A stretch of DNA of 64,000 nt from a virus: positions 109,495 to 173,494 of IMG/VR virus record IMGVR_UViG_3300035696_001556, one strand, 5' to 3'. Shown piece by piece: positions 11,201 through 20,283 of the stretch; position 1 is the stretch's first letter; each line of letters starts with the position of its first letter. The notes under the pieces are model-generated. The model was given only the letters and a program-made list of their open reading frames with translations, did no database searches and was not told the DNA's origin. The translations under genes were made by a program, and so were the position numbers.

Positions 11201-12615
11201 TGCAGCAATTCTCTGGGCAGCAATATAGAGGATCACTCGTGGAGTATCATTATTTCTTTCAGACAACGGCATTTGTTAAGAAATTTTCGGTGCCTAAGAG
11301 CATTAACAATTATGGAGTTCTTAATGTAAAAAGCGTGGCAAATGCCGTGAATGGTACGCAGTATCTGATAAATTCTGATTATAGCACCTGGATGAATGTG
11401 TGGAGTGAGAACCAGTTATCAGACCTTACTTACGACAACGGAAGCATAGAAGTTTTCTTGGATCCTTCTTTTTCGATACCTAGTGGTGTTATAGTAGAAG
11501 TGATTTTAGAAGTTGTTCCTTCTAATATAGATCTCAATATAACAACCACCAACACCGGCCCCAATATCCAAGCGTATCGTGCTCCTTTCACCAGCAATTT
11601 CAATGTAGGTTCAAAAGGAGTGAGCGGGTTTTATAAATCCGTTCTATATGAAGCTAATCCAGCTCTCATTACAAATAATAACATAACTGTAGATTTGACT
11701 CAGACACAAGCAGATCTGGATCTCAAGAATGCTATTATTCTTGGAATAAGCTCATACAGTACCAGAAACTTGACATATCAATCTTATGTGTGGTTCCAGT
11801 CGAGTCTACCGAATGCAGGACCTTACTACTACACTGTGCCAGTAACTCTTACGACAGGTTTAGGAACAAGTACGGTTGTCATAACAATACCTCAAGGTAC
11901 TTGGGTGGGTAGCTTTTATGTTCCTATGTTGGTGCAACAGACAGCTTTTGGAACTGTTTCGGACAATTCTGAAGCATATGTCTTCTACAAATATCGTCCG
12001 TATCAGACAGTAGGAAACCTTCCACCACAGCTGACTGTGGAGGTTTTAGTAAGTTCGGATTTCCTATATATCTCTAATTTGGGTACAGGTGGAAGTAATG
12101 CTATCCCAAAGGATCCTTACGAGAATCCTATAGAGCATATCCCAGTAAATGATACAACTTTTGTTAACGACAATATGTTTACGAATATTGACGATTTGGA
12201 TTTCACAAATTTCAGTATTCCAAACGGTTTAGCAAAGATGCCTGCTATTGTATCAAGAAAACTTGGAGAAGACATCATATTCAGTGTCCCAAATAATGTA
12301 GGGGATAATCTTGGAAGGACATTCTATACGGTTTGCTCTGATAATTTCAGGTTCCAAGCTGAGGCTTTAAAGCAGGCTGTTCCTAGAAAAGTATTTCTTC
12401 CTATGGTTGGAAGAATAAGAAATGATGTAACAAGCCCGTTCGTAAGGGGAGAGATAGTTCTTATTATCTTCTCCAAAGTATTCAAGGCACGTGTCGAGAA
12501 TGAAACCGGGTATTTTGTAGATACTAATGTCGAATATTCTCCTGGATACTTTGAGGAAGCAGACACAGCCATTGCGATATATAGACTTAGTAATTTCCCA
12601 ACTGTGCGGATGTAA
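8224..12615 (+). CDS. large baseplate/tail protein with inserted YCF48/BNR-type beta-propeller
   Basis: Repeats of GWAVGDRGTILKTxNGGxxW (Asp-box propeller blades); N-terminal VVFNPGNPPLGSELNTLQ motif typical of large-phage baseplate proteins; paralogous to 26224..29463. Confidence 0.7.
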   Translation: MSPSVEPNSASIYENLNYAYDKVVFNPGNPPLGSELNTLQEQLEILTQKTAGSMPSGWLSYRPFYTSATLSNSFYTQDPSQPIPEVAMVNGWPIFVTNTNTDLSQINQINLNDFELKSGSRVDGVVLEVWRSLLTPQDTNVASKPTNVSQVSTIYSIYMYDEDLGWAVGDRGTILKTVNGGLNWNSIQTPISVLFTRVQFFDQSLGYAVGQNGYVIKTTNGGDSWYLLTSVVNDNLNDLAVIDQNTIIAVGDNGTVIKSIDGTNFNLIESTSGVTANLNAVHFYDDRIGWAAGDNGTFLITINEGQSWQSQTVIDASTNTVVTTNLTSISFFNLNDGLVVGENGTILKTTDGGYHFVNMSGRIYNGTAYQTINQLRPGLDNDINRVFVRREFANNFNISVYPASIGTFTNIIYSISPSNYPDSLVLQWQGALDGRNYIKTLDLDDYDTADDLATAVNQIQSPYSPTDVSYPDNLRKTTRVFIMTVDYANAVKPSDFRPASGSISSTGTTVISFSVEDKAWIVGNDGLVASTNNSGSKWSLITNNYGFDLYDVNMQANNYGWVVGSAGSILLYDPTNIPTNFALQNTDLPLKSKGRIFPEGNILSQSDSFLNDNMIDPNVGVETTDRVQIQYAIRVLEGVDPFTYPEGGLGAEYVYSLGPNATGQDAGSYTFENMGDQNGDYGLWRARCRNTYDGWSWAIPMFFVARRNSSPFDPDTNINGSTIYNLNAIRPDGLTYEQITDDDITDLRKKINIQSYTALFEKNFDKLLGNRLQTKLSEQDTKGTQYGTNILSADTYVGTAALGNLIAGDVTSEAVLESFVKILNPNGATPLTDADWTVGPTINCIYMTDPAYHSVISYINGAATSQVIPGYFEGLGTNTIKFDIGNYTPAPGEQYLMTVWRINYSNNGLTNIPNEPLGISYVPSTEDTSIFYRGINANTVSQIIEYLTANVPGYNDYAIFYSAKTVGTTAADINLYQSSDIYDQTTDGYSQSLQQFSGQQYRGSLVEYHYFFQTTAFVKKFSVPKSINNYGVLNVKSVANAVNGTQYLINSDYSTWMNVWSENQLSDLTYDNGSIEVFLDPSFSIPSGVIVEVILEVVPSNIDLNITTTNTGPNIQAYRAPFTSNFNVGSKGVSGFYKSVLYEANPALITNNNITVDLTQTQADLDLKNAIILGISSYSTRNLTYQSYVWFQSSLPNAGPYYYTVPVTLTTGLGTSTVVITIPQGTWVGSFYVPMLVQQTAFGTVSDNSEAYVFYKYRPYQTVGNLPPQLTVEVLVSSDFLYISNLGTGGSNAIPKDPYENPIEHIPVNDTTFVNDNMFTNIDDLDFTNFSIPNGLAKMPAIVSRKLGEDIIFSVPNNVGDNLGRTFYTVCSDNFRFQAEALKQAVPRKVFLPMVGRIRNDVTSPFVRGEIVLIIFSKVFKARVENETGYFVDTNVEYSPGYFEEADTAIAIYRLSNFPTVRM

Positions 12616-12619
12616 TTAG

Positions 12620-13780
12620 ATGCTTTCTCAGAACTCTAAAAGCAACAATATAAGAACTTCGTTTGTTGGGAGCGGACTGACAGGAGTTCAGACTTATGCT
12701 CAGGCACAACAGTACTCTGTTGACCTGGGAACAATACTGTACAATAACTCCTTCAAGAGTTTGAACAGCCTTGTCATTCCTTTAAAAGATCAAACCTTTT
12801 TTGATCTGCCCCAGGACAAGGGAAAGTATGCTGTCATAAATGTTTATTATGATGCCGAGAATGGTAATTTTGTATTCGATGAAATTTATTTGGGATATAA
12901 ATATGTAGAAAAGCTATCTGCTCCAGCGTTATACAATGTAATACCTCTAGCTCAGTTTACGCTTCAGGAGAGCCAAGGAAGTTATATAGTAGTAAGTTAC
13001 AATGAATATTCCCAGATGGCGACTTTCTCCATAACGGATACTTTTATTCAGGGAGATACTGGGATAAAAGCTGCCCCTGGGGAGACTGGTCCAGAAGGAA
13101 TAACGGGTTTATTTGGCTCGTGGGGTTGGACTGGTGTCAACGGAGTGACAGGAGATCAGGGTTTAACTGGATTATCAGCAACGGGTATAAACGGATTACA
13201 GGGAGAAACAGGGGTATATGTAGATAAAACTGTTTTACTGTATCACAAATTTAAAACAGCAGATGCTAAACAAACGGATTATTCTTTCTATGAAAGAGAC
13301 TGCATCTATCAATACACTGGTCCTAATGCTAATCCTAATTATACAGGAACTTATGGAGTTTCTGGAAGTCCATTGTCCTATTATTATCTAGAATCTGGTG
13401 TTGTGGACTATTGTCACGAGGTTGTCTATGGAGGAGGTTTATCGCAGTACATAAGAAATGAGTTTGTAGAATTTGGAGTGTCTGGGTCTCAGTTTGGAGT
13501 AACAGGAACACTAAGTGCCTGGATAAAATTAACTGAAAAGCCTATTGCAGGCTTTACTGGCACTCTAGATTCCATTAATCCTATGATAGTTCATTTTCAT
13601 GACACCTCAACTCAGCAGCCTACCTCATGGACTTGGTGGATGGATTATCTCGGACAGTCGGTTGTTCTTAATATGCAAAATCCAATATATGCCTTTCCAG
13701 TTACAGGGATGCACATAGTTAAACTGAGAGCGACTAATCTTAATGGTTATTCTGAAATATGCCATTTTGTTAATTTGTAA
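12620..13780 (+). CDS. collagen-like repeat fibre protein with C-terminal PKD domain
   Basis: GxT-rich Gly-X-Y run (GETGPEGITGLFG..); PIAGFTG..HFHDTS..PTSWTW..NPIYAF..IVKLRATN is PKD-like. Confidence 0.7.
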   Translation: MLSQNSKSNNIRTSFVGSGLTGVQTYAQAQQYSVDLGTILYNNSFKSLNSLVIPLKDQTFFDLPQDKGKYAVINVYYDAENGNFVFDEIYLGYKYVEKLSAPALYNVIPLAQFTLQESQGSYIVVSYNEYSQMATFSITDTFIQGDTGIKAAPGETGPEGITGLFGSWGWTGVNGVTGDQGLTGLSATGINGLQGETGVYVDKTVLLYHKFKTADAKQTDYSFYERDCIYQYTGPNANPNYTGTYGVSGSPLSYYYLESGVVDYCHEVVYGGGLSQYIRNEFVEFGVSGSQFGVTGTLSAWIKLTEKPIAGFTGTLDSINPMIVHFHDTSTQQPTSWTWWMDYLGQSVVLNMQNPIYAFPVTGMHIVKLRATNLNGYSEICHFVNL

Positions 13781-13788
13781 TAAAAAAT

Positions 13789-16413
13789 ATGACAACGCAA
13801 AAAATATTTCTAACTGATACTTCCTTGACGTCATGGTCTGGTGTTGCCACGGATGGCTCTGATATCACAGTTGAGTGTATTGGTGGTGGTGCTGGTGCTG
13901 GAAAAGGAACCGGTAGCGTTGCTACGTGGTGTGCAGGAGGTGGCGGAGAATATGCTAAGAAAATACTTTCATATGTATCTGGCACTCCCGTACCTGTACA
14001 TGTTGGTAAAGGTGGACTAGGTGTTCCCATCACAACAGAAGAACAAGATGTTGGCCTTGATGGTGAAGCAACTACATTTAACACTACTGCCGTCGTTGCA
14101 AATGGTGGTCAAGCAATAGGTCCTGGTGGTACCGGAGGCTCTGGAGATTTGCTTTATAATGGAGGTGCTGGTGGCACTACCACGACAACGCATTTAGCAG
14201 GTGGAGCAGGAGGAGGTGGGGCAGCAGGTCCATTAGGTCCAGGAGCAAATGGTGGTATCTCTTACAACGGTGATTATAGTGGAGGTAGCGGAGGTGGAGG
14301 TAATGGAGGAGGTACTGCCGGTGCTGATGGTTCATCTGGTGGAGGACTTGGTTATGGTGGTTATAATGCTGAAACAACAGGTAGGGGAATGCCAAATGAC
14401 TCTGGATCCGACACTCTACTGATTAATGGGACACTGGGTGGCGGAGGTGGTGGCGGAGCAGGCTATGCTAGTGATGGAGGAAATGGTGGTCCAGGAACAG
14501 AATGGGATAACTCTCACGGTAGTGGTGGAGGCGGTGCTGGAACAATATATATCCCAACATTAGATGATCCTCACGGAAATCAAATAGCAGGTAATGGTGG
14601 ACTTTATGGGGGCGGTGGTGGCCAATGTGCATGGAATGTTTCGGGACGTGGACAGGGTGGAAACGGTTCACAAGGGATAATTGTAATCACCTATAATCTC
14701 CCTGTACCTCCTTCCATAACCACACAACCAATAAATCAAACAGTGATAGCTCCTACAACCGCGACATTTATGGTTGTAGCAGCTGGTACTGGGACATTAT
14801 CTTACCAATGGTATAAAAACTCGTCACTAATCCCTAGTGCTAATTTGAGTTCCTACACGACACCACCTACAAGTTCAGGAGATAGTGGAGCTGTATTCTA
14901 TTGCGTAGTAAATAGTACTTATGGGACTGCCACATCAACCAATGCAACACTTACTGTACTACCTCCTCTAACAGCAGTCGATTTTACATTGTCCCCACAA
15001 GAAGGATTCAGTCCTTTAACTATAATTTTTACTGCAAGCTGTACAGGCACCCCCACATATCTTAAATGGATATTTGGAGATGGTACTTCTGTAGATACTC
15101 CTCTTCAGTCTATTATTTCACACACGTACGATACACCAGGTATATATTCTCCAACTCTCATAGGTTCAGATGGTACAAATACGTTTACAGAAACTAAAGA
15201 TAATTATATTATAGTCAATCAGTCCTACATCGAATCAGAAAATAGCATTGTACAATCATACTGTTCTCTTCCTTATAAAAATTGGGAATTTTATGTAGAT
15301 CCACAAATGCATTTAGTATTTGTTTTAGGACAATACAGTTATAGATCAAATTTGCCTGTTATTAATGTCGGAGAATGGACACTAGCTGAGTTTCATGCTG
15401 GTCAGAATAATATGTATGTGTCTACCGTTGCAACCGGAAGACAGCTTATACCTAGTTATCAGGTTTTTACGGGGTATGAGATTTATAGCGAAAATGAACT
15501 AATAATAGCAAAAAACACGTCCATGAAAATAGATGAATTGAGAGTGGTAGCAGTAGAAGAGGATCTAACAGATTATTTTAATTCCCTGATAGGACGCGTT
15601 TATTATCTTCGGGAGACCCCTTTATCGGTAATACAACCAGAGATTAAATTGTCTGGAATGTTTAGCTGTATAGGGTGGGTTAGAAGTCTTGTTGTACCAG
15701 ATGGTGATGTCCTAATACCGTTGACTATATCGGATCCTTATGGAAATGTTATAGGAGTCGATTCGGCAATAAGAATAGAGATCTTGAAAGACGGCTCTGA
15801 CTACAGGTTGCAGTATTTAGGGTCTCAATCTCAGTCTATTAATAAAACTTTAAAAATAAATGTCAATGATGGCAACTGGCATTTTCTTGGCTATGAGTGT
15901 GACGACAATGGTAACATGACTTTTTATGTCGATGCTATGATCGTGCCAGCACAAGATGGGTTAGATTCGTATGGCTTACCTTACTCTGTAGCCAAATCTA
16001 CCACTCCGCGTGTCGGAGGGGGAGATGTGTGGCTACCGTATCTTTATGAGTCTGGACAAGTAATATACCAGTATAATTGGAGGTTTGGAAAAAATTTCAA
16101 TCTTGGTCAATCTTGGATACAACAGTTAATGATAAAAGACCAACAAGCTCTACAAACAGCTTTTTCGAGCAATGCGATCAGTGTTGACCCAGCAATTCAA
16201 GCTATTTATTCTGAGATGTTGGCCTCGAAAGTACTGTCAACTTTGGATACAGCTTTAGATCCGTCTAATCCAGAAAGTATAATGGGTTTGACTGGTACTG
16301 TTGGCGTAGCATATGCTTCGCCTGGCTTAAGTACAAGTTCAATGGCTTATGTATCATCTTTTCAAAATGGTGGTTTCACTCACTCAAATGGACCTGATAT
16401 TATTTTCAGTTAA
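13789..16413 (+). CDS. glycine-rich tail-fibre/adhesin protein with Ig-like, PKD and LamG-like domains
   Basis: Gly-rich GGGGG repeats; PPSITTQPINQTV..LSYQWYKN..FYCVV (Ig); WIFGDG..HTYDTPGIY (PKD); NDGNWHFL..MTFYVD (LamG). Confidence 0.75.
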   Translation: MTTQKIFLTDTSLTSWSGVATDGSDITVECIGGGAGAGKGTGSVATWCAGGGGEYAKKILSYVSGTPVPVHVGKGGLGVPITTEEQDVGLDGEATTFNTTAVVANGGQAIGPGGTGGSGDLLYNGGAGGTTTTTHLAGGAGGGGAAGPLGPGANGGISYNGDYSGGSGGGGNGGGTAGADGSSGGGLGYGGYNAETTGRGMPNDSGSDTLLINGTLGGGGGGGAGYASDGGNGGPGTEWDNSHGSGGGGAGTIYIPTLDDPHGNQIAGNGGLYGGGGGQCAWNVSGRGQGGNGSQGIIVITYNLPVPPSITTQPINQTVIAPTTATFMVVAAGTGTLSYQWYKNSSLIPSANLSSYTTPPTSSGDSGAVFYCVVNSTYGTATSTNATLTVLPPLTAVDFTLSPQEGFSPLTIIFTASCTGTPTYLKWIFGDGTSVDTPLQSIISHTYDTPGIYSPTLIGSDGTNTFTETKDNYIIVNQSYIESENSIVQSYCSLPYKNWEFYVDPQMHLVFVLGQYSYRSNLPVINVGEWTLAEFHAGQNNMYVSTVATGRQLIPSYQVFTGYEIYSENELIIAKNTSMKIDELRVVAVEEDLTDYFNSLIGRVYYLRETPLSVIQPEIKLSGMFSCIGWVRSLVVPDGDVLIPLTISDPYGNVIGVDSAIRIEILKDGSDYRLQYLGSQSQSINKTLKINVNDGNWHFLGYECDDNGNMTFYVDAMIVPAQDGLDSYGLPYSVAKSTTPRVGGGDVWLPYLYESGQVIYQYNWRFGKNFNLGQSWIQQLMIKDQQALQTAFSSNAISVDPAIQAIYSEMLASKVLSTLDTALDPSNPESIMGLTGTVGVAYASPGLSTSSMAYVSSFQNGGFTHSNGPDIIFS

Positions 16414-16421
16414 GGCAATGT

Positions 16422-17069
16422 ATGCTGAACACAAAAAATAATACGTTTAATGTCAGAATCCAAAGCAACATCGCGGATTATACCGTTGTTATAGATTCCG
16501 GATCGTTGGTTATTGACAACAAGTGGATCGATTTTAAAGGTGTGCTTTTTAATATAAAACAATATTTAAGAAACGCAGTCACGGGAAGCAGAGTAAGGTT
16601 TTTTACCAACGTTAATTATGCGGGATATCTAGTACTTGGTATCGATGTAACTGGAGCTCTGATAGTTTTGGAAGGGGCACAAGTTTCATACACTACTCTG
16701 GCTTCAGTCCCTATTCCACCTGTTTTTAGTATGGTCCCGATAGCGGGGATAGTGGTAATTCAGGATGGTTCAAATAATCTGATCGATGGAATAAATCCCA
16801 TAACCGATAGTAATGTCATTTTCTATTCGGGTATGGGAAACACACTTGACAAAAATCAAAAAGGGATAATGGGTTTTGATAGTAATATACTTGGCGACAC
16901 AGGTCTCTGTGGACAGACTGGATATCCTGGATTAGACGGAGACACAGGCCTGCAAGGTTTGCCAGGGATTGTTGGACCTGTAGGTTTTGGTTTTACAGGT
17001 CTGCAGGGATCCCAAGGACTTACAGGAATAAATTGGGACATAGCCGTTGGCTTTAATATTCTGTTATAA
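16422..17069 (+). CDS. collagen-like repeat virion protein
   Basis: C-terminal Gly-X-Y run (GDTGLCGQTGYPGLDGDTG..); N-terminal domain paralogous to 17112..18110. Confidence 0.7.
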   Translation: MLNTKNNTFNVRIQSNIADYTVVIDSGSLVIDNKWIDFKGVLFNIKQYLRNAVTGSRVRFFTNVNYAGYLVLGIDVTGALIVLEGAQVSYTTLASVPIPPVFSMVPIAGIVVIQDGSNNLIDGINPITDSNVIFYSGMGNTLDKNQKGIMGFDSNILGDTGLCGQTGYPGLDGDTGLQGLPGIVGPVGFGFTGLQGSQGLTGINWDIAVGFNILL

Positions 17070-17079
17070 AACCGATATT

Positions 17080-17087
17080 CTATTAAT
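17080..17087 (+). promoter_or_regulatory. putative late-promoter motif CTATTAAT
   Basis: Recurrent intergenic motif before structural genes. Confidence 0.5.
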
Positions 17088-17111
17088 TTTTTATCTCATT
17101 TAAAGGCTAGC

Positions 17112-18110
17112 ATGTCTCTCATCACTAGAATAAATCAGCCTTTTGCATCGTTAACCAAAGATAGTGCTATCCAAGGAAATAGTATTGTCTTTATCAAAGG
17201 TGGCTCTACCATAATAAATGGTAATTGGTTGCAGTTTAATGACCTTAGGATAGACGTACAGGCGCTGGTAGAAAGTTACATAAGTCAGCAAGCAACTAGG
17301 ATTTTTAATACAGTAAACGGGATTTTGTATGTAGTTATAACTCTCAATCAAAGTAGTAAGTTAGAGGTGATACCAAGTATCTCTTTAAACCAGACAACGA
17401 CAGGGAGTGTAAAAGTTTTCAGTTCCTTGTCTGGAAGATTGCCACTGATGCTGGTTACCCTGCAACAGGACGGATCAAATGATTTATCCAGTATCATACC
17501 TATTACAGCTGATGCTATAGAAGTCTACAAAGGTTATGGAAATTTTACATTAATAGGGCAACAAGGAGAGACTGGTCCTCAAGGAGATACAGGGATACAG
17601 AACGGAATAGGACTAACTGGATTAAATGGACTAATAGGTGAACAAGGAATAACAGGTTGTATAGGATCAATAGGAGAAAACGGAGTACTAGGAGCGACAG
17701 GATTGGAAGGACAGGTTGGTGTTTCCATACCCAGAGAGGTATTCATAATACCCGTTAATCCTATAGCTAATTTCGTTGGAGTTCCCTTATCTGTAGATCA
17801 AAGTGTAGGGGTTGCTTTTACTAATCTGTCATTGGGTGATTGGAATAGCCTACTATGGGATTTTGGGGATGGATCAACTTCTACAGATAGTTCCAATCCT
17901 ATAATTCACGCATATGATAATGTTGGTGTTTATACAGTTACCCTTTATTTATACGGTGTAGGTAACAATAGCAGTTCGACTGGAAATTCACCTTTTACTG
18001 TTATTGAACCTTATGACGTTCAGGATACGATAGATCCAAATAATCCATATGGCACTTGGACAACTGTAATAGGAAATGTTAATGTCACACAGAATTCAGT
18101 AGTTCCTTAA
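17112..18110 (+). CDS. collagen-like repeat protein with PKD domain
   Basis: Gly-X-Y run followed by PIANF..FTNLS..WDFGDG..NPIIHAY..GVYTVTL. Confidence 0.75.
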   Translation: MSLITRINQPFASLTKDSAIQGNSIVFIKGGSTIINGNWLQFNDLRIDVQALVESYISQQATRIFNTVNGILYVVITLNQSSKLEVIPSISLNQTTTGSVKVFSSLSGRLPLMLVTLQQDGSNDLSSIIPITADAIEVYKGYGNFTLIGQQGETGPQGDTGIQNGIGLTGLNGLIGEQGITGCIGSIGENGVLGATGLEGQVGVSIPREVFIIPVNPIANFVGVPLSVDQSVGVAFTNLSLGDWNSLLWDFGDGSTSTDSSNPIIHAYDNVGVYTVTLYLYGVGNNSSSTGNSPFTVIEPYDVQDTIDPNNPYGTWTTVIGNVNVTQNSVVP

Positions 18111-18122
18111 TAAAGGAGATTT

Positions 18123-19286
18123 TTGATGTCAGAAACTGGAGCATTAAAGCACATCATTCAAATAAACGACCTGAGAAGTAATTTAGAGCAAGGCTTAACT
18201 GGAGCTGGTCTTACTGAACTAAAAGCTAATCAGATAGCAATAGCTTTAGGAACAACAGGCCCTTCTCCCGTTTATCGACTTTTGTTCAGAGACAGTGTTG
18301 GAGGTCCTCATGATGTCGCTAATTTAACTGATATTGGAGCTGGTCCTGCTGGAGCAACTGGAGTTCTTGGATCTACGGGTCTTAAGGGAGCAACTGGAGC
18401 ACAAGGAGTAACAGGACTTTCCGGTGTTGGTGGCGGTGGAGGTGTTACTGGAAGTGGAGTCAGCACTCAAGTAGCTGTTTGGACTGCTAATGGGTCTATT
18501 GGTGGATTTAATGGATTTATTTATACAGGAGGTTCTTATTCTCCAATTTTATCTTTAGTAAATGGGGAAACCGGTGGGACAACTGTACTTAATTTTGTTG
18601 ATGAAGATAGCCAAATTTCTTCAGAAGGTAGCTTTGACCTTAATTCAGGTGGAGATTTTAATTATTCAACAACTGATCCAACAGGAAATTTTAACATTAC
18701 CTTGGATCCTGAAGGAACTGGGAGTTTTTATTTACATTGTCAGGTAGCTTCTTTCTCACTCAGTCCAAGTGGAGGAGCAGGAAGCTATACTCTTAACTTT
18801 TCTGCTGGAACTACACTTGTTGCCAAATTTGAAGGGGGTTCCGGTTTAGATCAGGTATGGTCTGCAGGAGCAAATAATGACAATCTTATAATAGCATCTG
18901 GCGGAAGTTTTGAGCTACAGGCAAATTCAAACATTTTTTTACGGGCATCTTATTCTGTTGAAGAAGGAGTTTATAATGATAGTAATTTATATATAATGAA
19001 TTTTATTGGGTCAAGTTTTTCTCCCCCTTCAGCGGATGTGGCTGGAAGTATACAAATGTCAGCTGTTGGAGATCTTAATATTTTTTCTGGATTAGGCGCT
19101 GATGATGAGCGTACAATTAACATGTATTGTTATACTTCTGGTGGCTCAACTATAAAGTTATTAACTCTTTCTCCAAATTTTAATGGAAGTGGAACAGTTT
19201 TTATATATAGTCTTCCTAGTGACTCTGGAGGACTTACAACTGGGGCACTGTATAATTCAAGTGGTACATTAAAAATTAAATCTTAA
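18123..19286 (+). CDS. collagen-like repeat tail-fibre protein
   Basis: GAGPAGATGVLGSTGLKGATG run; C-terminal LPSDSGGLTTGALYNSSGTLKI is typical of fibre tips; RBS AAGGAG, ATG at 18126. Confidence 0.65.
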   Translation: MMSETGALKHIIQINDLRSNLEQGLTGAGLTELKANQIAIALGTTGPSPVYRLLFRDSVGGPHDVANLTDIGAGPAGATGVLGSTGLKGATGAQGVTGLSGVGGGGGVTGSGVSTQVAVWTANGSIGGFNGFIYTGGSYSPILSLVNGETGGTTVLNFVDEDSQISSEGSFDLNSGGDFNYSTTDPTGNFNITLDPEGTGSFYLHCQVASFSLSPSGGAGSYTLNFSAGTTLVAKFEGGSGLDQVWSAGANNDNLIIASGGSFELQANSNIFLRASYSVEEGVYNDSNLYIMNFIGSSFSPPSADVAGSIQMSAVGDLNIFSGLGADDERTINMYCYTSGGSTIKLLTLSPNFNGSGTVFIYSLPSDSGGLTTGALYNSSGTLKIKS

Positions 19287-19308
19287 ATAATATTAAAAAG
19301 GAGATAAA

Positions 19309-20169
19309 ATGAAGTTAAATGTAAGCATCATTTATCCGAATCATGGCCAGGTTTCTTATATAACAAAAAAAAGTGTAAATGATTTAGTCAAATCCAAAAT
19401 AGCTGAGATAACCGTAAAAATGACGCAAGGAAGCAACTTACCTTCAGCTAGGAATAATGCAATTAATTATAGCAAAAGTTTTGAGATATACCAAAAATTA
19501 GAAAATTTTGATTATATGCTTATGCTTGATTCTGATATGGGATTTGTTCCAGAAGATATTCAGAAATTGATTAATCATAATAGGGATATTATAAGCGCAG
19601 CCTATCAAAGAAGAGAAAACCTTGACATCATATGTGCGGGATATTGGAAGGATAATGTTGGTGGTATTAATGATACAGAAAGATTTATATCTTGGTCCGA
19701 AAAAGAATTGAAAAAAGTTGATTGGATTGGGGCAGGATGTCTGCTCATTAAACGGGAAGCTTTAGAGAAAATGGAATATCCTTGGTTTAGAGCGGAGTTA
19801 ATAAAATTTAAAAAAGATGATAAGGATGTCCAAATTATTACGAGTGATGATTTTGGTTTTTGTAAAAACGCAAAAAAACACAATTTAGATGTATATGTTG
19901 ATTGTTCTTGTAAAGTTGAGCATTTGTCCATGAATACTGGTACCATTGTATCTGATTTGCCTTTAGATGTTCGTAAAAATGTGGTTGAAGAAGAAATGAA
20001 AAAACTTGAAATAGAGATATATCGTGTAGCCTTAAAAGTAGAGGCAGTTAAAAATGTACCTGGTATAACAGATGACTCAACAAAAAAACTTGATGCCTTG
20101 AAATCTTTGAAGTCAGTCTATCTCAAAGAGATGGAAAAATTACAGAGAATAAATGTACATTCTTTTTAA
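19309..20169 (+). CDS. glycosyltransferase family 2-like protein
   Basis: ARNNAI..DYMLMLDSD (DxD)..VDWIGAGCLLIKREALEK..PWF..SDDFGFC..VYVD..KVEH. Confidence 0.85.
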   Translation: MKLNVSIIYPNHGQVSYITKKSVNDLVKSKIAEITVKMTQGSNLPSARNNAINYSKSFEIYQKLENFDYMLMLDSDMGFVPEDIQKLINHNRDIISAAYQRRENLDIICAGYWKDNVGGINDTERFISWSEKELKKVDWIGAGCLLIKREALEKMEYPWFRAELIKFKKDDKDVQIITSDDFGFCKNAKKHNLDVYVDCSCKVEHLSMNTGTIVSDLPLDVRKNVVEEEMKKLEIEIYRVALKVEAVKNVPGITDDSTKKLDALKSLKSVYLKEMEKLQRINVHSF

Positions 20170-20283
20170 CCTATAAATAAGAAAAAATTATGATTGAAAC
20201 CACTTGCTACAACTCAGAAACAGTTGAATAATATTAACAGTTTGTTAGCACAACTGTCCTAAATAGACAGAAAGATAAATAAA

